A DNA stretch of 33,366 nt from a virus (taxonomy: Duplodnaviria; Caudoviricetes): positions 1 through 33,366 of the IMG/VR virus record IMGVR_UViG_3300037854_000076; one strand, 5' to 3'. The translations under genes were made by a program, and so were the position numbers. Under the pieces are notes generated by a model, which worked only from the letters and a program-made list of their open reading frames with translations, had not been told where the DNA came from and made no database searches. Every line of letters starts with the position of its first letter. Position 1 is the stretch's first letter. Positions 17,368 to 24,999 of this stretch are shown in pieces.

Positions 17368-19527
17368 ATGGCAAAAGACAAATACGGCTGGAAAATCACC
17401 CGAAAGGTAGAACCCGGCTATCGGGAGGTCAAAGTCATCGATCAGAAGATCATGATAGGTCAGGTCAACCGCGGACCGGCAGATATGACCAAGTACCGAT
17501 CATCCCTGGCATCGGCTGAATCCATCCACAACCCAAACCGACGGGCTTACTATGATCTGGCAGAGAATGTACTCACAGATGGTATCCTTTCCGCGGTGAT
17601 CGATAAGCGTATCCGGGCCGTGACGGTATCTCCTCCGAGTCTGGAAGGTACTGAGGACGAAAAACTCATTCAGCTCTTCAAAGCTCCCTGGATGCATGAC
17701 CTACTCCGGTACATGATGGAGGCGAAGTTTTGGGGACATTCACTGGTAGAACTGGAATACAATCCCAAAGCCATCGAAGATCCAGAGCTAGAGCAGCTTT
17801 TTAAAGTGAAGCTCGTGCCTCGCAAAAACGTATCCCCTGAGTTTGGGATGATCACCGAGATGGCAGGCAATACCGCCGGAGGTACTTACTACCGCGAGGA
17901 GCCGTATATCAATTACCTGGTAGAGATCGGAAAGGAGCGGGATCTGGGTATGATGATGAATCTCATCCCTTACGTACTTTTCAAGCGAAATAACTGGTCC
18001 GACTTTGCGCAGTTCAATGAACTATTTGGTATGCCGATGCGAGTCTATGAATATGACCCACATCAGACCGATAGCCGCAAGACCATCGAGGATGCGGCCA
18101 AGAAGGCTGGTGCTGCTTCCTATGTCGTAGTACCAAAGGGTACAATGGTCAATCATATCTCTACCAGCACCTCAGCAGGTTCGGGAGGATTCAAGGACTT
18201 CAACTCCATCATGAATCAGGAGCTAACCATCACCGTCCTTGGTCAGACATTGACCACCGGTGCGGACGGCAAAGGTAGCTATGCCCTGGGAGATGTCCAC
18301 AAGGACGTAGAGGAAGCGATCAACCTGGAGGATAAAGTCTGGATCGAATACCAGATGAACTGGGTCGTGAAGCCGCTTCTGATCAAAACCTTTGGATTGA
18401 GTCAGCTGCGAGGTACCACCTGGAAGTTTGACGATACCATCAAGCTCACACCTAAGGAGAAGATGGAGATCTTTGTAGGCATGCTCAATGCCGGAGTGCC
18501 GATGAAACTGGAGTATATTTATGAGGAACTGAATATGCCAGTGCCAGATGAATCAGATATGGAACTCTGGAAAAAACTTAAAGAAGCGATGCAAAGCGTC
18601 ATTGCGAGCGGAGCGAAGCAATCTCCTGAAGAGGAAGAGATTGCCACGCCTCCTTCCTCGGCTCGCAATGACGAAAACGGCCAGCCAAAAAAGGAAATGG
18701 CCCTGATGCTGACTGAGTACGGATTTGACGTCATTGCGAGCGGAGAGAAGCAATCTCCCCGTGACGTGAAGCTATCCTACGAAGACGACATCAGGGCTGA
18801 GATCGACCGCATCATTGCCGCTATCCATGCCGGCACCATGCAACGTGGCGAGATTCCTGCCAGATTGGTAGAACTGATCTTTCAGCAGCTAAATGAGGCT
18901 GTAACATCGGGTTATGGCTCCATCACACAGGCAGCTGATCAGGACATGATCCGGGCTTTGCGCAGCAATACCTTCAGCTTTGCCGCTGCGAAGGAGTTCA
19001 ACTTTATCCGCGATGCCTTTGACAATCTAGTCGATACGGATGGCAATGTGAAGACCTTCCAAGTATTCCGGGATGAAGTGCTCAGCCTGCATGAGCAGTA
19101 TAATATCAACTGGCTGAAGGCTGAATACAATGCCGCCGTCGGTAATGCACAGATGGCCAGCAAGTGGACTGAGCTCACAGCCAATGCTACAGAAGGCAGA
19201 CTGCTGAAGTTCCGCGCCGTGCTCGATGACCGATCCAGGCATAAGAAGTATCATAATGTGATCCTTCCCATCGATCATCCAGCCTGGGACTACATGATGC
19301 CTTTGCTGGACTGGAACTGCCGCTGTACGGTCAATCCAGTCCGAGGACAGGAGCAGACAGCCGCGGACAAGGTTCCTACTGCTGATGGCATCAAGCCAGC
19401 TTTCCGATTCAACCCCGGTAAGACCAAGCAAGTATTCAGCAAAACCCATCCGTACTGGACTTCCCTTTCTCCAAACGAAAAGGAAAACGCAGCCAATAAT
19501 TTTGGCCTAACTGCTCCAAAAAGTTAA
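17368..19527 (+). CDS. Portal protein (DUF935/Mu gp29-like) fused to Mu gpF-like minor head domain (719 aa)
   Basis: W..F.ELFGMP, VLGQTLTT and GSYALGDVH portal motifs; YNINWLKAEYN, AVLDDRSR and DWNCRC gpF motifs. Confidence 0.9.
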   Translation: MAKDKYGWKITRKVEPGYREVKVIDQKIMIGQVNRGPADMTKYRSSLASAESIHNPNRRAYYDLAENVLTDGILSAVIDKRIRAVTVSPPSLEGTEDEKLIQLFKAPWMHDLLRYMMEAKFWGHSLVELEYNPKAIEDPELEQLFKVKLVPRKNVSPEFGMITEMAGNTAGGTYYREEPYINYLVEIGKERDLGMMMNLIPYVLFKRNNWSDFAQFNELFGMPMRVYEYDPHQTDSRKTIEDAAKKAGAASYVVVPKGTMVNHISTSTSAGSGGFKDFNSIMNQELTITVLGQTLTTGADGKGSYALGDVHKDVEEAINLEDKVWIEYQMNWVVKPLLIKTFGLSQLRGTTWKFDDTIKLTPKEKMEIFVGMLNAGVPMKLEYIYEELNMPVPDESDMELWKKLKEAMQSVIASGAKQSPEEEEIATPPSSARNDENGQPKKEMALMLTEYGFDVIASGEKQSPRDVKLSYEDDIRAEIDRIIAAIHAGTMQRGEIPARLVELIFQQLNEAVTSGYGSITQAADQDMIRALRSNTFSFAAAKEFNFIRDAFDNLVDTDGNVKTFQVFRDEVLSLHEQYNINWLKAEYNAAVGNAQMASKWTELTANATEGRLLKFRAVLDDRSRHKKYHNVILPIDHPAWDYMMPLLDWNCRCTVNPVRGQEQTAADKVPTADGIKPAFRFNPGKTKQVFSKTHPYWTSLSPNEKENAANNFGLTAPKS
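18597..18673. repeat. CGTC-tagged palindromic element, full, in frame within portal-gpF
   Basis: CGTCATTGCGAGCGGAGCGAAGCAATCTC...GAGATTGCCACGCC...GCTCGCAATGACG. Confidence 0.92.
18729..18766. repeat. CGTC element left half plus GTGACG end remnant, in frame within portal-gpF
   Basis: CGTCATTGCGAGCGGAGAGAAGCAATCTC-CCC-GTGACG. Confidence 0.85.
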
Positions 19528-19570
19528 CCACATAGGCACATAGCTATGTTTTCTATGTGCCTATGTGGTT
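19526..19570. repeat. Perfect 18-bp inverted repeat built from 9-mers
   Basis: AACCACATAGGCACATAG-N9-CTATGTGCCTATGTGGTT; related half CTCCGTGCCCTCTGTGGT at 19580-19597. Confidence 0.85.
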
Positions 19571-19605
19571 TAAAATACTCTCCGTGCCCTCTGTGGTAAA
19601 AGAAT

Positions 19606-20133
19606 ATGCCAGAAATAAAGATCGTCATCCAACGCTACAACGCCTTTCTCAAAGGCCTGCCTCAGCTGATCGCGGATGTGCTGATTGACTGGGTATTGGA
19701 TAACTTTGACAAGCAGAGCTTTGACGGGAGAGCCTGGCCAGATCGCAAGGACCGGGATAGCAGCAGATCACTGCTGGTGAAAACCGGTCGCGGTCGTAGA
19801 TCCATCCGGGTATCGAGACAGACAGCCAAGCGGATCGAGGTCACCACCGATCTACAGTATATGATCGCGCACAATGAAGGAGCAGAGATCACCATGACCA
19901 TCACACCACGGATGCGGCGTTTCTTCTGGGCGATGCACTACAAGTTTGAAGCGGATGGAGACGGAAACCTGATCATCCCGGAGGATCAAGTCAAATGGAA
20001 ATGGCTGGCACTGAAGAAAGGAAATAGCATCCGGTTCACCATGCCTCAGCGTCAATTCATCGGCCCATCCGATGAGATCGACCGCCGATTGGTGGAAGTG
20101 ATCGGAAGAGAACTGAATCGAGTCTTTAACTAG
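19606..20133 (+). CDS. Mu gpG-like virion morphogenesis protein (175 aa)
   Basis: NF..QSFDG..W, LLVKTG.GRRSI, Y..AHNEG and MPQRQFIGPS motifs. Confidence 0.88.
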   Translation: MPEIKIVIQRYNAFLKGLPQLIADVLIDWVLDNFDKQSFDGRAWPDRKDRDSSRSLLVKTGRGRRSIRVSRQTAKRIEVTTDLQYMIAHNEGAEITMTITPRMRRFFWAMHYKFEADGDGNLIIPEDQVKWKWLALKKGNSIRFTMPQRQFIGPSDEIDRRLVEVIGRELNRVFN

Positions 20134-20135
20134 AC

Positions 20136-20220
20136 CGTCACTGCGAGGAGGTACGACGAAGCAGTCTCCTCGCTTGTAATTTATCACTTAGGAGATTGCT
20201 TCGCTCCGCTCGCAATGACG
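20136..20220. repeat. CGTC-tagged palindromic element, full (85 bp)
   Basis: Inverted near-identical twin of 10579-10663. Confidence 0.92.
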
Positions 20221-20227
20221 AAACACC

Positions 20228-20701
20228 ATGAGCTTTACGACACTACTCAACCTTATCAAAACCAGAATAGACGGCTCTGCCGACTTCTGGACAGAGAAGA
20301 ACTTACCAGCCATCACCGAAGTGATCCCCTGGGAAGGTGGGCTTAACTATGACGAGGAGCGGGATGATCCGCAGCCTCCGAGGCCTTATATCGCGCTGGA
20401 TTTTGGAGACCTGCCACGGGAATATACCGAGGGATTCAAGGAAGGGACCATGGACTTTGATCTCGTGGTGGTGGTGGACAATTTCCACACCGGCAGAAGC
20501 CGCAGCCGTGACCGGGCAGACTATTTGGAGGTGCTGAGCTATGCTGATGCCGTGGAGCAACTCTTTGAAGGATGGGAGCAGATCCGCGTGACTACATTCC
20601 GCAAGCCAGTCTATCAGGGCAATCTCTGTATCCATCGACTGGCCTGTACGAGAAGATTTAGGGACACCCGCAACCGTGCCCCTTGGACTGTGACAGTGTG
20701 A
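20228..20701 (+). CDS. Putative tail completion/terminator protein (157 aa)
   Basis: Follows the gpG-like gene; P.PYIALDF pattern; synteny. Confidence 0.55.
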   Translation: MSFTTLLNLIKTRIDGSADFWTEKNLPAITEVIPWEGGLNYDEERDDPQPPRPYIALDFGDLPREYTEGFKEGTMDFDLVVVVDNFHTGRSRSRDRADYLEVLSYADAVEQLFEGWEQIRVTTFRKPVYQGNLCIHRLACTRRFRDTRNRAPWTVTV

Positions 20702-20722
20702 TTTTTAGTGATTAAGGCAAAC

Positions 20723-20757
20723 AAAAAACCCCGAAGCAGGTGCCTCGGGGCTTTTTT
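20723..20757. terminator. Bidirectional intrinsic terminator between convergent operons
   Basis: A6-CCCCGAAGCA-GG-TGCCTCGGGG-C-T6. Confidence 0.8.
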
Positions 20758-20762
20758 ATGGT

Positions 20763-20972
20763 TTATTTCCGGAGATTTAATTCACACCACTCTGGTTTAT
20801 CTATTATGAGATTTTTTTCACTCATTAGAAATTTATTTGATAGTCTACACACGTAACCATATAGCCATTTTTCATGCTGACAGTATTTACATTTTTTACA
20901 ATCATCGATAACTCCAGATGACACAGTGTTAGCGTTATTGCTTTTTTGGCTTGAATTTAAAGTTTTATTCAT
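20763..20972 (-). CDS. Small Cys-rich hypothetical protein (69 aa from MNKTLN; start uncertain, 21044 possible)
   Basis: CxxCxxC...C...PxWC pattern; AT-rich. Confidence 0.55.
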   Translation of the reverse strand: MNKTLNSSQKSNNANTVSSGVIDDCKKCKYCQHEKWLYGYVCRLSNKFLMSEKNLIIDKPEWCELNLRK

Positions 20973-21036
20973 ATCCGGTTTTCTATCGTAATCAATCGAT
21001 TCGTATAGTCTGGTGTTCGGGTTCCAAGTTCTTCCG

Positions 21037-21375
21037 TTAGCCATCTTCGTAAGGTTTTTTCTTAACAAAATTCTCTCCTCTGATCGTGTATTCCGGTCTG
21101 GTGAAAGCCATTGGATCTTTTAAGGTAAGTACCACACAAGGCTCATAACCTTCTCGAATTTCGATTCCCATTAATTGAGGAGGATCTAATCTTGAAATTA
21201 TTCCGATTGATCGAGAGTAGTGTTTTGCTAGGCTTTCGATAAAGAATCCAGGCATATACCAGACAAGCTCGGACTGATGCCAGCGTTTGTTTTTGACTAT
21301 CCATAGATTTCTTACCTGCTCGACAGAATCGAGAATTTCATTAGTCAACAACTCATATACTTCCATTTTACTCAT
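21037..21375 (-). CDS. Hypothetical protein (112 aa from MSKMEV)
   Basis: Start overlaps the upstream stop; its TAA lies within GCTAAC. Confidence 0.65.
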   Translation of the reverse strand: MSKMEVYELLTNEILDSVEQVRNLWIVKNKRWHQSELVWYMPGFFIESLAKHYSRSIGIISRLDPPQLMGIEIREGYEPCVVLTLKDPMAFTRPEYTIRGENFVKKKPYEDG

Positions 21376-21766
21376 AACTTCCTCCTGCCTTAATAACCCG
21401 CTTGATCTCGCCTGACTTAAGGCCTTTGTCGACTTCGACCAGGTAAGTGACTTTGCTGTACTCGACGGTGGCGAAGTACATATCTTGCTTCTTATTGTAT
21501 CGGATCTCAGCGATGGTGAGTGTCTCATAGTTGGCACCGTAGCCAAGTGGCACGGGAGTCATGCCGATGCCGCCGTAGATGTGTCTGAATCCCTCGGGAG
21601 CCAGTCCCTCATGCAGCTCGATCTGATCTCCTGCCTGTAGCATGATCCCCGGCGCGACCTCTGCCGGTCCTTCGTGTAGCTTGCCGGCAAGCTTGATCCA
21701 ATTCTGAGCCGAAGCCATGGACAGGCTGGCAATCAGGAAGAAAAGTAATAAAGTGATCTTTTTCAT
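21368..21766 (-). CDS. Secreted hypothetical protein (132 aa)
   Basis: MKK + hydrophobic core + ASA-Q signal peptide; conserved leader motif. Confidence 0.75.
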   Translation of the reverse strand: MKKITLLLFFLIASLSMASAQNWIKLAGKLHEGPAEVAPGIMLQAGDQIELHEGLAPEGFRHIYGGIGMTPVPLGYGANYETLTIAEIRYNKKQDMYFATVEYSKVTYLVEVDKGLKSGEIKRVIKAGGSYE

Positions 21767-21838
21767 GGTGTGTTTGTTTAATGTGCGTAGAACCTTTTAC
21801 GAATCTAATTAACAGATGTTTAAAAGCCAAAAAACGAT

Positions 21839-21895
21839 CGCTAACTGTCGCTATGCGTCCATGCCTACGGCACAGCGCATAGCTTTGAGTTACCT
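21839..21895 (+). other. attC-like recombination site (57 bp)
   Basis: CGCTAAC-N4-GCTATGCG...TGCC-TAC-GGCA...CGCATAGC-N5-GTTACCT. Confidence 0.65.
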
Positions 21896-21900
21896 GCCAT

Positions 21901-22158
21901 TTAAGGCAACGGTAATTCTCCACTTGCCCAGCACGGCTTTTTAGTTTCTACACCTGAATAACCGCTTTCGTAAGGAACACCGTAATAATCCCTTGAAGCA
22001 TACGAGCGTTTATAGCCGTGCCTCCTGTACCTACCATCTTTGGTGAGTTTTACCTCTCTACCACATACGTGACAAAAAACGGCAGGTAACACAGGCTCAT
22101 AAGCAATAGCGGTATTCGTGTCACCTGAAAGTCCATGCTGTTTGTTATCATTTTTCAT
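21901..22158 (-). CDS. Hypothetical cassette-borne protein with CxxC...H...C motif (85 aa)
   Basis: ORF between two attC-like sites; ATG lies inside the second site. Confidence 0.6.
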   Translation of the reverse strand: MKNDNKQHGLSGDTNTAIAYEPVLPAVFCHVCGREVKLTKDGRYRRHGYKRSYASRDYYGVPYESGYSGVETKKPCWASGELPLP

Positions 22159-22213
22159 ACCTGAAAGTTTGTCTTTTTAATCCGCTACTGCTCATAGCCT
22201 CGTCACGTTACTC
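22084..22213 (+). other. attC-like recombination site (130 bp)
   Basis: AGGTAAC, arm GGCT(C)ATAAGCAATAGCGG pairing with CCGCTACTGCTCATAGCC with one extrahelical C, then GTTACTC. Confidence 0.7.
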
Positions 22214-22228
22214 GATCATTGTCTCCTC

Positions 22229-22486
22229 TCAAGGATAAAGCCTCTCCAGATTGATGCCGTTTTCTTCCATGGCTTGCATAAGGATAATATGCGCATAATT
22301 CATTCCTGAGACCTCAAATCCTGTTAGGGATTGGCCTGTATCGCGAATGCTTTCATATTGAATGGTTTCCCTTATTTCTTTTGATGCATGATACAAAGCA
22401 GATAATGCCGACTTGGCAGCCATCACTTGTTTGTACTCTAAGTCCTGCTCTGGATCACTGGTGTCAAATTCGATAGTGATTTTCAT
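22229..22486 (-). CDS. Hypothetical protein (85 aa from MKITIEF)
   Basis: A-rich leader before the ATG; co-oriented with the operon. Confidence 0.7.
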   Translation of the reverse strand: MKITIEFDTSDPEQDLEYKQVMAAKSALSALYHASKEIRETIQYESIRDTGQSLTGFEVSGMNYAHIILMQAMEENGINLERLYP

Positions 22487-22576
22487 AAGTTTTTTGTTTT
22501 GATAAATGATACTTTCCACTAAAAAAAGAACCTCAGACCACTGGCCCAAGGCTCTCTGATCATGAAACCAATCGAC

Positions 22577-22783
22577 CTAGTTTTTGTCCCAAGTGTGCCG
22601 AACCTTGGTATGGTCCTTCACCTTTTTCTTTTTCTCCTTGTCCATCTTCTTATTTTGCTCCTTCCAGCCTTTGAATTCCCGGTCGGAATGCTCACGGGCA
22701 TATCGCTGTGATGGTGATAGACTGCCGCAGCTCGATACGAGCAGCAGCATGAGGATTGCGAGTACTTTTAGCGTGTTTTTCAT
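22577..22783 (-). CDS. Small basic lipoprotein (68 aa)
   Basis: Lipobox VSSC after a hydrophobic core; conserved leader. Confidence 0.7.
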   Translation of the reverse strand: MKNTLKVLAILMLLLVSSCGSLSPSQRYAREHSDREFKGWKEQNKKMDKEKKKKVKDHTKVRHTWDKN

Positions 22784-22796
22784 GGTGTGTTTGTTT

Positions 22797-22831
22797 TAGA
22801 TGTTGGATGTTTGATGTCCGATGTCCGGTGT
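22797..22831. repeat. Heptamer tandem (nnGATGT) x5
   Basis: TAGATGT TGGATGT TTGATGT CCGATGT CCGGTGT. Confidence 0.75.
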
Positions 22832-22834
22832 TTA

Positions 22835-23110
22835 TTAAGATGGTTTTTGAGATTGAGCTTTGATGGCTGTCACATAGTCACCACAGCTTAGTTTTGGATT
22901 GTCAGGTATATTGGCCTCGTAGAAGTCAATCATTCGCTCCAGCTCAGCGTGTAGCATGTTGATGACATGGGCTAGCTCCAGCTCTCCGGAAAGCTTCAGC
23001 GCGGTACTGTAGGTCTTAGCATCCATCTGAAGCAAGTCGATCGAGCCGACTGTCTTGATCTTCTTCAGTGCCTGCTCCTGTTTTTTGGTTAGTTTTTTCT
23101 TTTCTGACAT
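22835..23110 (-). CDS. Hypothetical protein (91 aa)
   Basis: Co-oriented ORF with A-rich leader. Confidence 0.7.
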   Translation of the reverse strand: MSEKKKLTKKQEQALKKIKTVGSIDLLQMDAKTYSTALKLSGELELAHVINMLHAELERMIDFYEANIPDNPKLSCGDYVTAIKAQSQKPS

Positions 23111-23126
23111 GATAGGTGTTTTTTGT

Positions 23127-23154
23127 CGGATGTCCGATGCTGGATGTCCGGTGT
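23127..23154. repeat. Heptamer tandem (nnGATGT) x4
   Basis: CGGATGT CCGATGC TGGATGT CCGGTGT. Confidence 0.7.
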
Positions 23155-23257
23155 TAGTCTTTAAGGAAGTATGTATAAATCACCTCTTGAATAGCTTGAT
23201 TAAGCCTATGCAGGAAGTTTTTTAACTTTTTCATTTAGATTTCATTTACTTACTGAG

Positions 23258-23291
23258 GAGACTGCTTCACCCTTCGGGATTCGCAGTGACG
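23258..23291. repeat. CGTC element, right half
   Basis: GAGACTGCTTCACCCTTCGGGATTCGCAGTGACG. Confidence 0.8.
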
Positions 23292-23293
23292 GT

Positions 23294-23335
23294 CCACTGT
23301 TTACTACTTACTGTTTACTATCCACTATTCACTAA
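23294..23335. repeat. Heptamer tandem (yyACTrn) x6
   Basis: CCACTGT TTACTAC TTACTGT TTACTAT CCACTAT TCACTAA. Confidence 0.75.
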
Positions 23336-23781
23336 TTCTTCCAGGTCTCCTGATTCAGGTAAGTATCGGGGTACTTCTTGGTCAGGGTAGGATTCTGGCG
23401 CAGGTAGCTATTGTAGGTATCGATGAAGGCATAGGCGGCTACCTGCTCAGACTGCGGGAGTAGATCCCACATCTTCTGGGCGCGCTTCTTATTGCCGAGT
23501 GTATTGGCGTATTTCTTCCAAAACATCTCAAAGGTGATCACCTCAGGCATAAAGGTGATGCGGCTTTTCTTGCCTTCGAATAGCTTGGCGGTATGCTGTA
23601 CGAGCATTTCCTCATTGCCGGGCATGTGTCGCAGCAGCCAGTTGTAATGGCCCGCCTCGATGATGCCCTCATATTCGATCTCGAAGGCTTTGAGCTGCTT
23701 GGTCTTGCGGTCAAATCCATAGTACACCGTCCAGGGAGCGGTGCCGATTTTGACTTGATAGGTGAGTAATTGCTGTTTCAT
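23332..23781 (-). CDS. Phage protein with replication-protein-like C-terminal domain (149 aa)
   Basis: FEMFWKKY...NKKRAQKMW...YPDTYLNQETW pattern. Confidence 0.7.
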   Translation of the reverse strand: MKQQLLTYQVKIGTAPWTVYYGFDRKTKQLKAFEIEYEGIIEAGHYNWLLRHMPGNEEMLVQHTAKLFEGKKSRITFMPEVITFEMFWKKYANTLGNKKRAQKMWDLLPQSEQVAAYAFIDTYNSYLRQNPTLTKKYPDTYLNQETWKN

Positions 23782-24014
23782 GGTTTTGGGAAAAAGGTTC
23801 TGTAGATCAAACTTGGATTCTCGATAGGGTCCGGGAGGTCTGACTCTGCGAGGATCTTGTCCACCATGTGCTCACCGATGTGGTAATTGGCGGCAATGAT
23901 ATCCATGCAATAGCCTCGCTCGCGTCGCTCGGTGTAGCGCAGGTAGCGGTAGATCTCCCGGATCTCCTGGTTTCTGATGTCAAGGTTTCTTTTCTTCTTT
24001 CGTTTTGGCGTCAC
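23778..24014 (-). CDS. Mor/C-like transcription activator candidate (78 aa)
   Basis: IRNQEIREIY...IAANYHIGEHMVDKIL resembles the Mor HTH; follows a GemA-like gene as in Mu. Confidence 0.55.
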   Translation of the reverse strand: MTPKRKKKRNLDIRNQEIREIYRYLRYTERRERGYCMDIIAANYHIGEHMVDKILAESDLPDPIENPSLIYRTFFPKP

Positions 24015-24273
24015 GGCTGCTGGTGATTTTCGTGATCTGGGAGACGAGGTCTACCAGTTCTTTGTAGGTATGCTTATTCAGCCACTTGGGCTTGTATAGG
24101 CCGTAGGTATTCACCCACTGGTAGATCTTTTGCATATCCGGCACGTAGCGCATTTGGACAGAGCTCCAGGTGCCGAATACCGCCGGCTTCCAGGACATCA
24201 GCAGCGCAATGACCTTGCGCCGCATGTCCTGCTTGGCTTCGCCGCGCTCATTCAGCGGTCTGCTCGGGCTCAT
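23980..24273 (-). CDS. GemA/DUF1018-like protein (97 aa)
   Basis: RRKVIAL...W...LN..TYKELVDLVSQ pattern; synteny. Confidence 0.55.
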   Translation of the reverse strand: MSPSRPLNERGEAKQDMRRKVIALLMSWKPAVFGTWSSVQMRYVPDMQKIYQWVNTYGLYKPKWLNKHTYKELVDLVSQITKITSSRDAKTKEEKKP

Positions 24274-24574
24274 GAGCTGGTAGTTTTTTGCCCAGGATCA
24301 CCCGGGCTGTCCTACGCCGGATCTTGTAGAGCATGATCGATCCGCATCTAGTCCTGACCATATAGCCGGGAAGCACGACATCATTCCCGATCACGGCAAA
24401 GTCCGCTGTACGCTTGCCTCCTCTAACTCGGATGGTCACTGTCTTTGGCTCTAGCTTGTCCTCCTGAAGGGCTTTGTCCGCTGCTGGGTCAAACTGGCAG
24501 GTGATCAGCCTCAGCCTTTCACTCACTGCCAGATCAAAGGCCTCAGCAGTCACTTGTATGGTCAAATCTGTCAT
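24248..24574 (-). CDS. Hypothetical protein (108 aa)
   Basis: ATGA-coupled ORF. Confidence 0.65.
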   Translation of the reverse strand: MTDLTIQVTAEAFDLAVSERLRLITCQFDPAADKALQEDKLEPKTVTIRVRGGKRTADFAVIGNDVVLPGYMVRTRCGSIMLYKIRRRTARVILGKKLPAHEPEQTAE

Positions 24575-24999
24575 GACTCAAATCGGTTAAGCTCAGACTT
24601 CTTGTCTCTGCCGGTGGATTTGATTCCGGATGTGATCAGCGCAAAGAGCCGGAAACCCTCTTGATCGGTATAATCCCGGGCCGCCTGAATGCGTGCGGAC
24701 TGCTCGTCCCAGTCGAGACTCTTGAATACCTCCCGCACCAGGGAGCGCGAACTGAAAGCGATGGACTTGGATGTCTGGCTCGTCCGGGTCTCGAATCCTT
24801 TGTGCTTGCAGATATACCAGTCTTTCTTATTTGTCTCATCCTGAAGGAGGATAACCTGATCTCCGGGCTTCAGTCCCATCACCTGAGCCAGTGCTCGATT
24901 GATGCTGATCAGACCGGTGGAGAGATTGAGTGAAAGGGATGGGATCAGGTTCTTTTTGCCTGACTGATGATTTTCGGGTGTGTGCTTGATGAGTTTCAT
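24571..24999 (-). CDS. Hypothetical protein (142 aa from MKLIKH)
   Basis: ATGA overlap with the upstream gene; GLISIN.ALAQ.MGLKPGD.V resembles an AbrB-like segment. Confidence 0.7.
   Translation of the reverse strand: MKLIKHTPENHQSGKKNLIPSLSLNLSTGLISINRALAQVMGLKPGDQVILLQDETNKKDWYICKHKGFETRTSQTSKSIAFSSRSLVREVFKSLDWDEQSARIQAARDYTDQEGFRLFALITSGIKSTGRDKKSELNRFES

Noticed and set aside
19852-20187. Antisense ORF with GDCFVVPPR motif shared with other ORFs (also 3495..3683 and 18519..18734)
   Set aside because: The apparent protein family is only the repeat read in different frames.
14465-20701. Opposite orientation of the packaging operon as proof of a past inversion
   Set aside because: Matched divergent promoters and a bidirectional terminator suggest a native layout, and the block does not coincide with the inverted repeat pair.
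23154-23234. 26-aa ORF MKKLKNFLHRL on -
   Set aside because: Plausible but too short to support without conservation data.
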